This document shows positions 12,579-25,739 of a DNA stretch of 64,000 nucleotides, one piece after another. How positions within the stretch are numbered: position 1 is the stretch's first letter; each line of letters starts with the position of its first letter. A model generated the notes under the pieces. It was not told the origin of the DNA. It did not search any database and saw nothing but the letters and a program-made list of their open reading frames with translations. The position numbers and the translations under genes are program-made. Origin of the DNA: Malacoraja senta (lineage: Eukaryota); the NCBI GenBank assembly GCA_038087875.1, contig CM075989.1, positions 558,001 to 622,000 of the forward strand, in the 5' to 3' direction.

Positions 12579-14683
12579 CCTTGTACCCTAATGCAATATT
12601 CCACCATTCACCCGTTTCCCCAAAGCAACCCATTCCCCAATGCAATATTCCACCACACACTCATAGCCCCTATCTGCGCAGGCGCTGCTGATGGCTTCCC
12701 GTTGTGATGCCCCTGATCCCCCCTCTTCCCCTCAACCCCCCCCCCCCACTCTGCCTCTTCCCATTCCACACCCCTCGCACTCACTCCATCCCCCTTCAAC
12801 CTCGCCCCCCATCCATTCTTAGCAGCTCTCCGGCAGCGCAGCCGTTCCAGCCCATAGGGTTCCCATTGTGACGTAGAACACACAGGTAATACTGCGCAGG
12901 CGCAGCTGACGGGCACGGAAAGTGGAAAAGGGATTTATTAATGCATAAATTGTAAATAACTCTTAAAATATAAAAATGTTAACGTTAAAGATGAGATTTA
13001 TTTAGCCCATTCTTTCTTTTGCATCTCGTTGTGTTCTGTAACCGGGGGAGGGGGGGCTTCAGGCGGGGTATGTCGGTGGCCAGCAGGGGGAGCGTGCTGC
13101 AGCCGGGGAAGGGGCACGGCTTCAGACGGGGGCTGACGAGGGACGGTGGGGGGAGCGTGCTGCAGCCGGGGAGTGGGACGGCTTCGGGCGGGGCCTGTCA
13201 GGAGCCAGTGGGGAAGGGGGGGGTGACCGCTGCCATGGCCTTCTGCTGCCATGACCCCTGCAGTGTGGTGGGGTGGGTGTGTGGTGGGGGTTTATGGGGG
13301 GAGGGGGTCTGTGAGGTATGGGTGTGTGGGGGGAGGGGGAGTGTGTGGGGTGTGAAGGGTTAGTGCTGCAATGGCCTACTGCTGCCATGGCCTACCGCTG
13401 TTTGGCGGGGTAGGTGTATGGCAGATGGGGTGTGGGGGATATGTGGGATGGGAAGGGAAGGGTGTGTGTGCGCGGGAGGAGTGTGGTGGTGAGGGTGCGT
13501 GGGGGAGGGGATGGGGAGTGTGTTTGGGAGGGGAAGCGGTGTGTGTGCGAGGGGGGAGGAGGGTTTGTGGGAGTGGTTGTGTGGGCGGGGGGTATGGGAG
13601 GGGGTGGGTGAGGGAGGGGGAGGGGGGGGTGTGGGCGAGGTATGGGAGGGGGGAGTTTGTGGGCAGGGGGGTATGGAGGCCAGGGTTGTTTGTGGGGGTG
13701 TTGGCGGGTTGTGTGTTGGGTGAAGGGGAGGGGGAGCAGCGAGCGTTGGGGAGCCGGAGAGGGGGTGGTGTGGGCGGGGGAGGGTTCAGTGTGTGGGGTC
13801 TTTGTGGGGGAGGGGGATGTGTGGGCAGAGGGATGTTGTGGGGGGAGGGGTGTTTACACGGGGGGTGTGGGGATGTGGGTGCATGGGGGAAGGGAGGAGA
13901 GGGTGTGGGGCAGAGGGGGTTTGTGGGGGGTTGTGAGGGGTGTGTGGGCGGGCCAGCGGGGGGGGGGGTGGGTGGGGGGGGGGTGGACAGGGGGGGGGTT
14001 GTGGAGGCGAGGGGGCAGGGAGGGGGTGTGGGGGATTGGTGGGGTGTTGTCGGGGGGAGGGTTAGTGTGGGCTGGGGGGGAAAGAGCTTGGAGAGAAGAC
14101 AGGGTTTGTGGGGGAGAGGGGCTATCACAGGGGAGGGTGGCGTGAGCCTGCAAGAGGGACAAGAGGGGAAGGGGTTGGAGCGGACGGTGCGATTTGTACT
14201 TACAGGGGTCGCTGGTCGCTTTGCCGCTTTGTCGCTGGTCGCTTTGTCGCTGGTTGCTTTGTCACTTTGTCACTGGTCGTTCTCCTCCGCTGGGATCAGA
14301 TTCTCCACTTTCCGTTTGGCGACATTTCCCGTACCGGGCTGGGCCGTTTCCGGTCCCTCCGAAAATGGAAACCTCCACTGGCCCTCCTCAGCTCCAGTAA
14401 AGATGCGATGGCGCAGGGAGGAGCGGACCGTCCCGCGGAGTGACAGGAGAAAAGACCAATCCATGCGGCGCTGAACGGCAGGAGAGGAGATTGATCTGTG
14501 CACGCGTGATTAATTTTTTTTTTAACCTCGCTAACTTTTACATTAGACCTCCGATCGGAACAAAACGTGGTGCAATCGCAGCACAGGAGAATGGCGAGTA
14601 AGCTGACGGAAAATCGTAGTGCTATCGTGTACAATTTTTGCGCAAATAGAATGACCGCGCAACCGGATGATAACAAGATCAGA
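12579..14683 (-). mobile_element. Non-autonomous Helitron-like element with G-rich interior; both termini eroded
   Basis: 14430-14683 is homologous to the subterminal blocks at 36600-36845 and 58240-58454. 12580-12615 resembles 55215-55250, which lies next to a Helitron 3' hairpin. Confidence 0.6.
13260..14180 (+). repeat. G/T-rich low-complexity tract
   Basis: Runs of G separated by T/A. Confidence 0.9.
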
Positions 14684-14738
14684 GATAGAGAGATAGAGAG
14701 ATAGAGAGATAGAGAGATAGAGAGATAGATAGATTGAT
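14684..14738 (+). repeat. (ATAGAGAG)n microsatellite
   Basis: Direct reading. Confidence 0.95.
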
Positions 14739-15047
14739 TCCTCCTTTCCTTATCGGCACCATGTGGCACCAGCAAGTGGCTGCCTCGCCAACAATCTGTC
14801 TGTCCTTTCTTCTGTTTTTGTTATTTTAAATACGAATTAAAGAGTGTTGAAGAGTATGTTTAATATTCATTAATTTTGTTTTATGTGGGGATTTGGGGGA
14901 GGGAGCTAGGGGCAACTCAAATTTCACTGTACCTTAATTGGTGACGATGAATTTGTGACAATGAACTGACTGAAACCTACAAACCTTGAAACCTTGATAC
15001 ATTTTTATCTTCTTTTCAACTTGAGCTTTTGTCACTATCTCCACACA

Positions 15048-18000
15048 GGAGATTAGGGGGGAAATTAGAGCACATGGTATAGGCGGTAGGGTATTGACAT
15101 GGATAGAGAATTGGTTGGCAGACAGGAAACAATAGAGAATAGACAATAGACAATAGGTGCAGGAGTACGCCTTTCGGCCATTTGAGCCAGCACCGCCATT
15201 CACTGTGATCACAGCTGATCATCCACACTCAGTACCCCGTTCCTGCCTTCTCCCCAAATCCCCTGACTCCACTATCTTCAAGAGCTCTGTCCAACTCCCT
15301 CTTGAAAGCATACAGACAATTGGCCTCCACTGCATTCTGAGGCAGAGAATTCCACAGATTCACAAACCTCTGTGTGAAAAGGTTTTTCCTCATCTCGGTT
15401 CTAAATGACTTACCCCTTATTCTTAAACCGTGGCCCCTGGTTCTGGACATCTGGAACATGTTTCCTGCCTCTAGCGTGTCCAAACCCTTAATAATCTTAT
15501 ATGCTTCAAAACGATATCCTCTCATCCTAAATTCCACAGTATACAAGCCGAGCCGCCCCATTTTATCATCATATGATTGTCCCGCCATCCTGGGAATTAG
15601 TCTCGTGAACCAACACAGCACTCCTTCAAAAGCAAGAATGTCCTTTCTCAAATTTGTAGACCAAAACTGCACACAATACTCCAGTTGTGGTCTCACTAGG
15701 GCCCTGTAAAACTGCAGAAGGACCTCTTTGCTCCTATACTCAACTACTCTTGTTATGAAGTCCAACATGCCATTCGCTTTCTTCACTGCCTGCTGTACCT
15801 GCTTCCTTACTTTCAATGTCTGATGAACAAGAACCCCCAGATCCCAAGGATCCCATTGTACCTCCCCTTTTTCCCAACTTGACACCATTTGGATAATAAT
15901 CTGACACCCTGTTTTTGCCACCAAAGTGGATAACCTCACATTTATACATTAAACTGTATCTACCATGCATCTGCCCAATCACCCAACCTGTGCAAGTCAT
16001 CCTGCATCCTCATAGCATCAATAGACAACAGACAAAAGACAATAGGTGCAGGAATAGGCCATTTGGCCCTTCGAGCCAGCTCCGCCATTCAATGTGATCA
16101 TGGCTGATCATGCACAATCTGCACCCCGTTCCTGCCTTCTCCCCATATCCCTCGACTATGGCCGTCCTAGGCGTCCTTGTACACTGGTCACTGAAAGTTG
16201 GCTTACAGGTACAGCAGGCAGTGAAGAAAGCTAATGGAATGTTGGCCTTCATAACAAGAGGAGTTCAGTATAGGAGTAAAGAGGTTCTTCTGCAGTTGTA
16301 TAGGGCTCTGGTGAGACCACATCTGGAGTATTGTGTACAGTTTTGGTCTCCTAATTTGAGGAAGGACATCCTTGTGATTGAGGCAGTGCAGTGTAGGTTC
16401 ACGAGATTGATCCCTGGGATGGCGGGACTGTCATATGAGGAAAGATTGAAAAGACTAGGCTTGTATTCACTGGAGTTTAGAAGGATGAGGGGGATCTTAT
16501 AGAAACGTATAAAATTATAAAAGGACTGGACATGCTAGATGCAGGAAAAATGTTCCCAATGTTGGGCGAGTCCAGAACCAGGGGCCACAGTCTTAGAATA
16601 AAGGGGAGGTCATTTAAGACTGAGGTGAGAAAAAACATTTTCACCCAGAGAGTTGTGAAATTATGGAATTCCCTGCCACAGAGGACAGTGGAGGCCAAGT
16701 CACTGGATGGATTTAAGAGAGAGTTAGATAGAGCTCTAGGGGCTAGTGGAATCAAGGGATATGGGGAGAAGGCAGGCACGGGTTATTGATAGGGGACGAT
16801 CAGCCATGATCACAATGAATGGTGGTGCTGGCTCGAAGGGCCGAATGGCCTCCTCCTGCACCTATTTTCTATGTTTCTATGACTATGTTATCTTTAAGAG
16901 CTCTATCTAACTCTCTCTTGAAAGCATCCGGAGAACCGGCCTCCACTGCCCTCTGAGTCAGAGAATTCCGCAGACTCACAACTCTCTGTGTGAAAAAGTA
17001 TTTCCTCATCTCCAATCTAAATGGCTTACCCCTTATTCATAAACTGTGGCCCTGGATTCTGGACTCCCCCAACATCGGGAACATGTTTCCTGCCTCTAGC
17101 ATATCCAATCCCTTAATAATCTTATATGTTTCAATAAGATCCCCTCTCATACTTGTAAATTCCAGAGTATACAAGCCCAGCCGCTCCATTCTATCAACAT
17201 ATGATAGTCCCACCATCTCAGGAATTAACCTTGTGATCCTACGCTGCACTCCCTCAATAACAAGAATGTCCTTCCACAGATTTGGAGACTAAAACTGCAC
17301 ACAATACTCAGGTGTTGTCTCACTAGGGCCCTGTACAACTGCAGATGGAATCTTTGCTCCTATAGACCAGTTACCATACAATTTGCATACAAATTCCTTG
17401 TATGTGAATACTTGGCCAATAAACATTATTCATTCATACTCAACTCCTCTTGTTATGAAGGCCAACATACCATTCAATTTCTCCACTGCTTTTTGTCCCT
17501 GCATGCTTACTTTCAGTGACTTATGAACAAGGGCCCCCAGATCCCGTTGTACTTCGCCTTTTCCCAATTTGACACCATTTAGATAATAATCTGCCTTCCT
17601 GTTTTTGCCACCAAAGAGGATAATCTCACACGTATCCACATTAAACTACATCTGTCATGCATCTGCCCACTCAACCAACCTCTCCAAGTCAACCTGCATC
17701 CTCATAGCATCCAACTTACAGTTCACACTGCCACCCAGCTTTGTGTCATCTGCAAATTTGCTAATGTTACTTTTAATCCCATCATCTAAATCATTAATAT
17801 ATATTGTAAATAGCTGCGATCCCAGCACCGAGCCTTGCTGTACGCCACTAGTCACTGCCTGCCATTCTGAAAGGGACCCGTTAATCCCCACTCTTTGTTT
17901 CCTGTCTGCCAACCAATTTTCTATTCATATCAGCACCCTACCCCCAATTCCATGTGCTCTAATTTTGCCCACTAATCTCCTATGTGGGACCTTATCAAAT

Positions 18001-21000
18001 GCTGTCTGAAAGTTTTTGATATAACTAGGAAAATGAACAAGGGAGAGCCACATCCACTGGCTCTCCCTTGTTCATTTTCCTAGTTACATCCTAAAAAAAA
18101 TTACGGAACATTAGTCAAGCATGATTTTCCCTTCGTAAATCCATGCTGATTCGGACCGATCCTGCTGCTGCTATCCAAATGTGCTGCTATTTCATCTTTT
18201 ATAATTAACTCCAGCATCTTCGCCACCACCGATGTCAGGCTAACTGGTCCATAATTCCCTGTAATCTCTCTCCGTCCTATCTTAAAAAGTGGGGTAGCAT
18301 TAGCTACCCTCCAATCCACAGGAACTGATCCTGAATCTATAGAACATTGGTAAATGATCACCAATGCTTCCACGATATCTAGAGCCACTTCCTTAAGTAC
18401 CCTGGGATGCAGACCATCAGGCCCTGTGGATTTATCAACCTTGTCCCATCAGTCTACCCAGCATCATTTTCTGCCTAATGTGAATTTGCTTCAGTTCCTC
18501 TGTCACCCTAGATCCTCTGGTCTCAGGGAGATGTTTTGTATCCTCCATAGTGAAGACAGATCCAAAGTACAGATCCAAAACTTAGCTGCCATTTCCTTGT
18601 TCCCCATAATAAATTCACCCTTTTCAGTCTTCAAGGGTCCAATTTTGGTCGTTACTAATTTTTTCCTCTTCACATACCTAAACAAGCTTTCACTATCCTC
18701 CTTTATATTATTGGCTAGCTTACCCTTCATACCTCCTCATTGCTCCCTGTATTGCCTTTATAGTTAACTTCTGTTGCCCTTCAAAAGTTACCCAATCCTC
18801 TGGCTTCCTGCTCATCTTTGCTATGTTATACTTGTTCTCTTTTATTTTTATTCTTCCCTTGTCAGGCACAGTCACCCTTTACTCCCCTTGGAATCTTTCT
18901 TCCTCTTTGGAAGGAACTGATCCTGCACCTTCTGTATTATTCCCAGAAATACCTGCCATTGTTGTTCCACTGTCATCACTGCTAGGGTCTTCCAGTCAAA
19001 TCTGGCCAGCTCCTCCCTCATGTCCCCTTTGTTCAACTGTAATACTGACACCTCCGATTTACTCTTCTCCCTCTGAAATTGTAGATTAAAACATGATATT
19101 ATGGTCACTATCTCCTAATGGCTCCTTTACCTCGAGTTCCCTTATCAATTCCGGTTTATTACACAACACTAAATGCAAAATTGCCTTCTCCCTGGTCAGC
19201 TCCAGTACAGGCTATTCTAAGAATCCATCACGGAGGCACTCCACAAACTCCCTTTCTTGGGGTCCAGAACCGACCTGATTTTCCCAGTCTCCCTGCATGT
19301 TGAAATCTCCCATAACAACCATAGCATTACCTTTACGACATGCCAATTTTAACTCTTGATTCAGCTTGCACTCTATATCCAGGCTACTGTTTGGGAGCCT
19401 GTAAATAACTCCCATTACGGTATTTTTACCTTTACAATTTCTCAGTTCTACATCTCCTGATTCTATGTCACCCCTCGCAAGGGACTGACTTTCACACCTC
19501 AACAACTGAGCTACCCCACCCCATCTATCCACCTGTCTGTCTTTTCGATAGGACGTATAGCCTTGAGTATTCAGTTCCCAGCCCTGGTCCTCTTGCAGCC
19601 ATATCTCTGTAATTCCCACAACATCATACTTGCCAATTTCTAACTGAGCCTCAAGCTCATCCACTTTATTTCTTATACTTTGTGCGTTCCTATACAACAC
19701 TTTGACTTCAGTATTCACCTCCCCTCTCACTCCAGTCAATATTGGTCCTGAACTTACTCTCTTATCCCTTCTCGAAATTTCGTTACCATTAATTCGGGAG
19801 TCTTTTGTTACTTTTCCTGCACTCACTTCCCCTTTAACTCAACTTTTCTACTCCCAATTTGTCAATCCCTCCCCCCCACTATTTAGTTTATACCCACACG
19901 TGTAGCACTAGCAAACCTGCCTGCCAGAACATTGGTCCCCCTCCCGTTAAGGTGCAACCCGTCCCTTTTTTACAGGTCACCCCTCCCCCAGAAGAGATCC
20001 CAGTTGTCTATAAAGCTACATCCTTGCTCCCTGCACCAGCCCCTCAGCCACACATTCAGATCCCCTATCTCCCTGTTCCTGCCCTCAATAGCACGAGGTA
20101 CTGGAAGCAATCCAGAGATAACCACCCAAGAAGCCCTGCTTTTCAGTCTTCTTCCTAACTCTCTAAACTCGTGTTGGAGAACCTCACAGTTCACACTGCC
20201 ACCCAACTTTGTGTCATCTGCATATTTGCTAATGTTACTTTTAATCCCTTCATCTAAATCATGAATGTATATTTAAATAGCTGCGGTCCCAGCACCGAGC
20301 CTTGTGGGACCCTAATAGTCACTGCCTGCCATTCTGAAAGGCATTAATCCCTACTCTTTGCTTCCTGTCTGCCAACCAATTTTCTATCCATGTCAGAGCC
20401 CTATGCCAAATACCATGTGCTCTAATTTTGACCACTAATCTCCATTGGGGGTCGTTATCAAATGCTTTCTGAATGTCCAGGTTCACTACATCCAGTAGGT
20501 CTCCATTGTCCATTTTCCTGGTTACATCCTCAAAAAATTCCACAATATTAGCCAACATGATTTCCCCTTCGTAAGTCCATGCTGACTAGGACCGATCATG
20601 CTACTGCTATCCAAATGTGCTGCTAGTTCATCTTTTATTATAGACTCCAGCATCTTCCCCACCACCGATGTCAGGCTAACTGGTGTATAATTCCCTGTTT
20701 TCTCCCTTCCACCTTTTTAAAAAGTGGGATAAAATTAGCTACCCTCCAATCCACAGGAACTGATCCTGAATCTATAGGACATTGGAAAATGATCACCAAT
20801 GCGTCCATGATTTCTAGAGCCACTTCCTTGTAAGGAGATACAGACCATCTTGCCCTGGGGATTTATCAGCCTTCAGTCCCATCAGTCAACCCAACACCAT
20901 TTTCTGCCTAATGTGAATTTCCTTCAGTTCCTCCGTCACTCCAGATCCTCTGGCCACAAAGAGTAGGAATAAACGGGTCCCTGACAGAATGGCAGGCAGC

Positions 21001-24000
21001 GTCGACTGGAGTGCCGTAAGGATCAGTGCTGGGGTCGCAACTAATTACAATTTATATTAATGTATTAGATGATGGAATTAAAAGTTACACTAGCAAATTT
21101 GCAGATCACACAAAGCTGAGTGGCAGTGTGAACTGCGAAGAGATGTTAGGAGGTTGCAGGGTGACTTGGACAGGTTGACTGAGTGGGCAGATGCATGGCA
21201 AATGCAGTATAATTTAGATAAATGTGAAGTTATCCACTTTGGTGGCAAGAACAAGGAGGCAGATTATTATCTCAATGATGTCAGATTTGGAAAAAGGGAA
21301 GTGCAACGAGACCTGGGTGACCTTGTACACTAGTCACTGTACACCTGTCCATATCTGCAGTACTGTGTGCAATATACAATAGGTGCCATTCGGCCCTTCG
21401 AACCATTCGAACCAGCACCGCCATTCAATCATGGCTGATCATCCACAATCAGTACTCCGTTCTTGTCTTCTCCCCATATCCCTTGACTCCACTATCTTTA
21501 AGAGCTCTATCTAACTCTCTCTTGAAAGCATCCAAAGAACCGGCCCCCGCTGCCTTCTGAGGCAGCGGATTCCACACTCACAACTCTGTGTGAAAATGTT
21601 TTTCCTCGTCTCTGTTCTAAATGGCTTACCCCTTATTCTTAAACTGTGGCCTCTGGTTCTGGACTCACCCAACATCGGTTAATTCAGTGGAGCACATAGT
21701 CACCAGTTGCCCCAAACACCGGCCAGCGAATGATGAACGAGGTCTGATTGACCTGGACGATGACACGTTGGCCTGGCTCGCCTCAACGGAGCTGCAGGTC
21801 TAAAAGATACACGACAGAAGAAGAAGGTTAATTCCAGAATATACAAGCCCAGCCGCTCCATTCTATCAACATATGACAATCCCGATATCCCGGGAGTTAA
21901 CTTGGTGAACCTATTCATAACAAGAGGATTTCAGTATAGGAGTAAAGAGGTTCTTCTGCAGTTGTATAGGGCTCTAGTGAGACCACATCTGGAGTATTGT
22001 GTACAGTTTTGGTCTCCTAATTTGAGGAAGGACATCCTTGTGATTGAGGCAGTGCAGCGTAGGTTCACGAGATTGATCCCTGGGATGGCGGGAGGACTGT
22101 CATATGAGGAAAGATTGAAAAGACTAGGCTTGTATTCACTGGAGTTTAGAAGGATGAGGGGGCATCTTATAGAAACATATACAATTATAAAAGGACTGGA
22201 TAAGCTAGATGCAGGAAAAATGTTCCCAATGTTGGACGAATCCAGAACCAGGGGCCACAGTCTTTGAAATAAGGGGAGGTCATTTAAGACTGAGGTGAGA
22301 AAAAACGTTTTCACCCAGAGAATTTTATATTGTGAATTTGTGGAATTCCCTGCCACAGAGGGCAGTGGAGGCCAAGTCACTAGATGGATTTAAGAGAGAG
22401 TTAGATAGAGCTCTAGGGGCTAGTGGAGTCAAGGGATATGGGGAGAAGGCATGCACGGGTTATTGATAGGGGACGATCAGCCATGATCACAATGAATGGC
22501 GGTGCTGGCTCGAAAGGCCGAATGGCCTCCTCCTGCACCTATTTTCTATGTTTCTATGTTTCTATGGTGCACTCCCTCAATTGCAAGAATGTCCTTCCTC
22601 AAATTTGTAGACCAAAATTGCACACAATACTCCAAGTGTGGTCTCACTAGGGCCCTGTACAACTGCAGAAGGACCTCTGAAATTGGTCTCATAATTTGAG
22701 GAAGGACATCCTTGCTATTGAGGCATGCAGCGTGGGTTTTCATGAGGTTAATCCCCGGAATGGCGGGACTGTCATATGAGAAAAGATTGCAAAGACTGGG
22801 CTTGTATTCACTGGAATTTAGAAGGATGAGAGGGGATTTTAGAGAAGCGTATAAAATTATAAAAGGACTGCACAAGCTAGATGCAGGAAATTTTTTGGCC
22901 CCTGGGCCAAAAACCAGGGGCCACAGTCTTATAATAAAGCGAAGGCCATTTAAAACTGAGATGAGACTTTTTCATCTAGCGAGTTGTGAATTTGTGGAAT
23001 TAGAAACATAGACATAGAAAATAGGTGCAGGAGGAGGCCATTCGGCCCTTCGTGCCTGCACCACCATTCAATATGATCATGGCTGATCATCCAACTCAGT
23101 ATCCTGTACCTGCCTTCTCTCCATACCCTCTGATCCCTTTATCCAAAAGGGCCACATCTAACTCCCGCTTAAATACAGCCAATGAACTGGCCTCAACTAC
23201 CTTCGGTAGCAGAGAATTCCAGAGATTCACCACTCTCTGTGTGAAAAATGTTTTTCTCATCTCGGTCCTAAAAGATTTCCCCCTTATCCTTGAACTGTGA
23301 CACCTTGTCCTGGGACTTCCCCAACATCGGGAACAATCTTCCTGCATCTTGCCTGTCCAACCCCTTAAGTATTTTGTAAGTTTCTATAAGATCCCCCCTC
23401 AATCTTCTAAATTCTAGCGAGTACAAGCCGAGTCTATCCAGTCTTTGTTCATATGAAAGTCCTGACTTCCCAGGAATCAGTCTGGTGAACATTCTCTGTA
23501 CTCCCTCTATGGCAAGAATGTCTTTCCTCAGGTTTGGAGACCAAAGCTGTACGCAATACTCCAGGTGTGGTCTCACCAAGACCCTGTACAACTGCAATAG
23601 AATCTCCCTGCTCCTATACTCAAATCCTTTTGCTATGAATGCTAACATACCATTCACTTTCTTCACTGCCTGCTGCACCTGCATGCCTACTTTCAATGAC
23701 TGGTGTACCATGACACCCAGGTCTCGCTGCATCTCCCCTTTTCCTAATCGGCCACCATTCAGATAATAGTCTACTTTCCTGTTTTTGCCACCAAAGTGGA
23801 TAACCTCACATTTATCCACATTATAATCCATCTGCCATGCATTTTCCCACTCACCCAGCCTATCCAAGTCACCTTGCAGCCTCCTAGCATCCTCCTCACA
23901 GCTAACTCTGCCCCCCAGCTTCGTGCCATCCGTAAACTTGGAGATGTTGCATTCAATTCCCTCGTCCAAATCATTAATATATATTGTAAATAGCTGGGGT

Positions 24001-24245
24001 CCCAGCACTGTGCCTTGCGGTACCCCACTAGTCACTGCCTGCCATTCTGAAAAGGACCCGTTTACTCATACTCTTTGCTTTCTGTTTGCCAGCCAGTTCT
24101 CTATCCACATCAATACTGAACCCCCAATACTGTGTGTTTAAGTTTGTATACTAATCTCTTATGAGGTAGATAGAGTTCTAGGGGTTAGCAGAATCAAGGG
24201 ATTTGGGGAGAAGGCAGGTTGTGGATGCTCAGCCATGATCATAAT
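15048..24245. mobile_element. Cluster of nested CR1 LINE fragments in alternating orientation
   Basis: Repeated CR1 ORF2 C-terminal motifs ([37 protein letters not shown]) and 3' tails on both strands. Examples: minus 15135-16015, 16020-20955, 23001-24165; plus 16161-16880, 20958-21370, 21912-22566, 22680-23000. Confidence 0.93.
21686..21825 (+). mobile_element. 3' tip of a Vingi/Ingi-like LINE
   Basis: Encodes VEHIVTSCPKHRP..GLIDLDDDTLAWL..stop, has a very short 3'UTR and a (GAA)n tail, and a 9-bp TSD GGTTAATTC (21677/21826). Confidence 0.6.
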
Positions 24246-24254
24246 GATTGATGG

Positions 24255-25735
24255 TTCTTTCTTGAATGGGAAAAATAAAAAAAAATTAAAAACATTTAAA
24301 AAATATAAATGGGAACAATATTGTGTTCAAAAGAATATTCAATATGATACTGTAGTTATTGAAAATGTGTTAGAGTTTTATCTACACTTTATTATGTTGA
24401 GGGTCTTAGCTATAGTGCTATCAATACAGCTAGAAGTGCTTTGTCGACATATCTTGTAATAGGTATAACGGACACAAAGTATAGGTTCTCACCCTCTCAT
24501 ATCTAGGTTGATGAAAGGAATCTTTAATTACAAACCGCCTAAGCCTAGGTATATGGTAATCTACGATGTAAGCATTGTTCTTAACATGCTTCGTCATTGG
24601 ATCCCTGTCACGTCTATAACTTTGTTAAAATTAACCATGAAATTGGCTATGCTAATGGCATTGGTGTCAGTACAGAGAGTGCAGACTTTGCAAAAACTTC
24701 AGTTAGAAAGAATGGAAGTGACTACAGAGAATGTTCTGTTTTATATTTATGACCTGCTCAAACAAAGCAGGCCAGGTGTGACAGGATTTAAGATGGTGTT
24801 CTCAGCATATCCTACAGCTCCAAGTTTATGTGTAAGGACACATTTGTTACATTACATTGAAGCCACAAGGGCTTTAAGACAAGAAGAAACAGGATTATTT
24901 GTCAGTTACAAGAAGCCAACATAAAAGAGTGGCAGTTCAGACTATCTCAAGGTGGTTAAAGCAAGAGTTGGTTCAGGCAGGAATTAACATTTATGTGTTT
25001 ACATCTCATTCCACTAGCGCAGTAGCAACATCCGCGGCAAGGGCGATGGACGTTCCCATCGACCATATATTAAAAGCCGCAGGTTGGAAAAATGAACTTG
25101 TGTTTCAGCAATACTACCATCGGCCGATTGCCGATGGAGGGCTGTTTGCCAACTCAATATTGAGTGCTGTTGCTAGTGTTTAAAGTCTGTTTTCAATACT
25201 GTTTAATTCTGTTTCGTTTGTTGCCCCTACATTAAGAGGGTTTATTGGTTGTTTTATGACCAAAAATAAAACTGTTTTGGTTTTGCATGATATGCAATGT
25301 CATGTTTACAGCATTATTAATGATACTCAGAGTCAATCGATGCAGTGAGAAGCCGGGATTTTGATCTGCGGCATAAAAATCACAGAGCTTTAAAATCTTC
25401 ACGTAGTCACTCACGTGACTCTGAAGTAAAATAGTAAGATTAAACGAGAACTTACCAGTTTGAAGTTTGATCTTTATTTTATGACGAGTTAAGTTGGTGA
25501 TTACGTGCCCGCCACGCCCAACCCTCTCTCATAGAAAAAAGGTCATAATGGTAGTTCTCATGTTGATCATCTTAATATGTTACTTCAATTATGGTGTTGT
25601 CTGATTTCATACCGCTGCTTTGAAGATTGACGCGCATGCGCCCTGACGGGTCTTCTTCACGTAATCACCAACGTAACTCCTCATAAAATAAAGATCAAAC
25701 TTCAAACTGGTAAGTTCTCGTTTAATCTTACTATT
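24255..25735 (+). mobile_element. DIRS-type tyrosine-recombinase retrotransposon, 5'-truncated (YR pseudogene + ICR + right terminal repeat)
   Basis: GLSYSAINTARSALS, MKGIFN.KPPKPRY, QRVQTL, KQSRPG, TISRW, HSTS, AGW..F..YY are DIRS YR motifs, with frameshifts. A 78-bp inverted repeat lies at 25430-25507/25658-25735. Confidence 0.9.
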
Positions 25736-25739
25736 CTTT

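Noticed and set aside
13371..14474. Long Gly-rich/Pro-rich ORFs (also 34630-35667 and 58650-59939)
   Set aside because: By-products of G-rich low-complexity DNA, open in several frames on both strands, with no splice or domain evidence.
24508..25183. Phage integrase or bacterial contamination
   Set aside because: Motifs and the downstream ICR/inverted repeat match eukaryotic DIRS elements. It is frameshifted and embedded among vertebrate LINEs.
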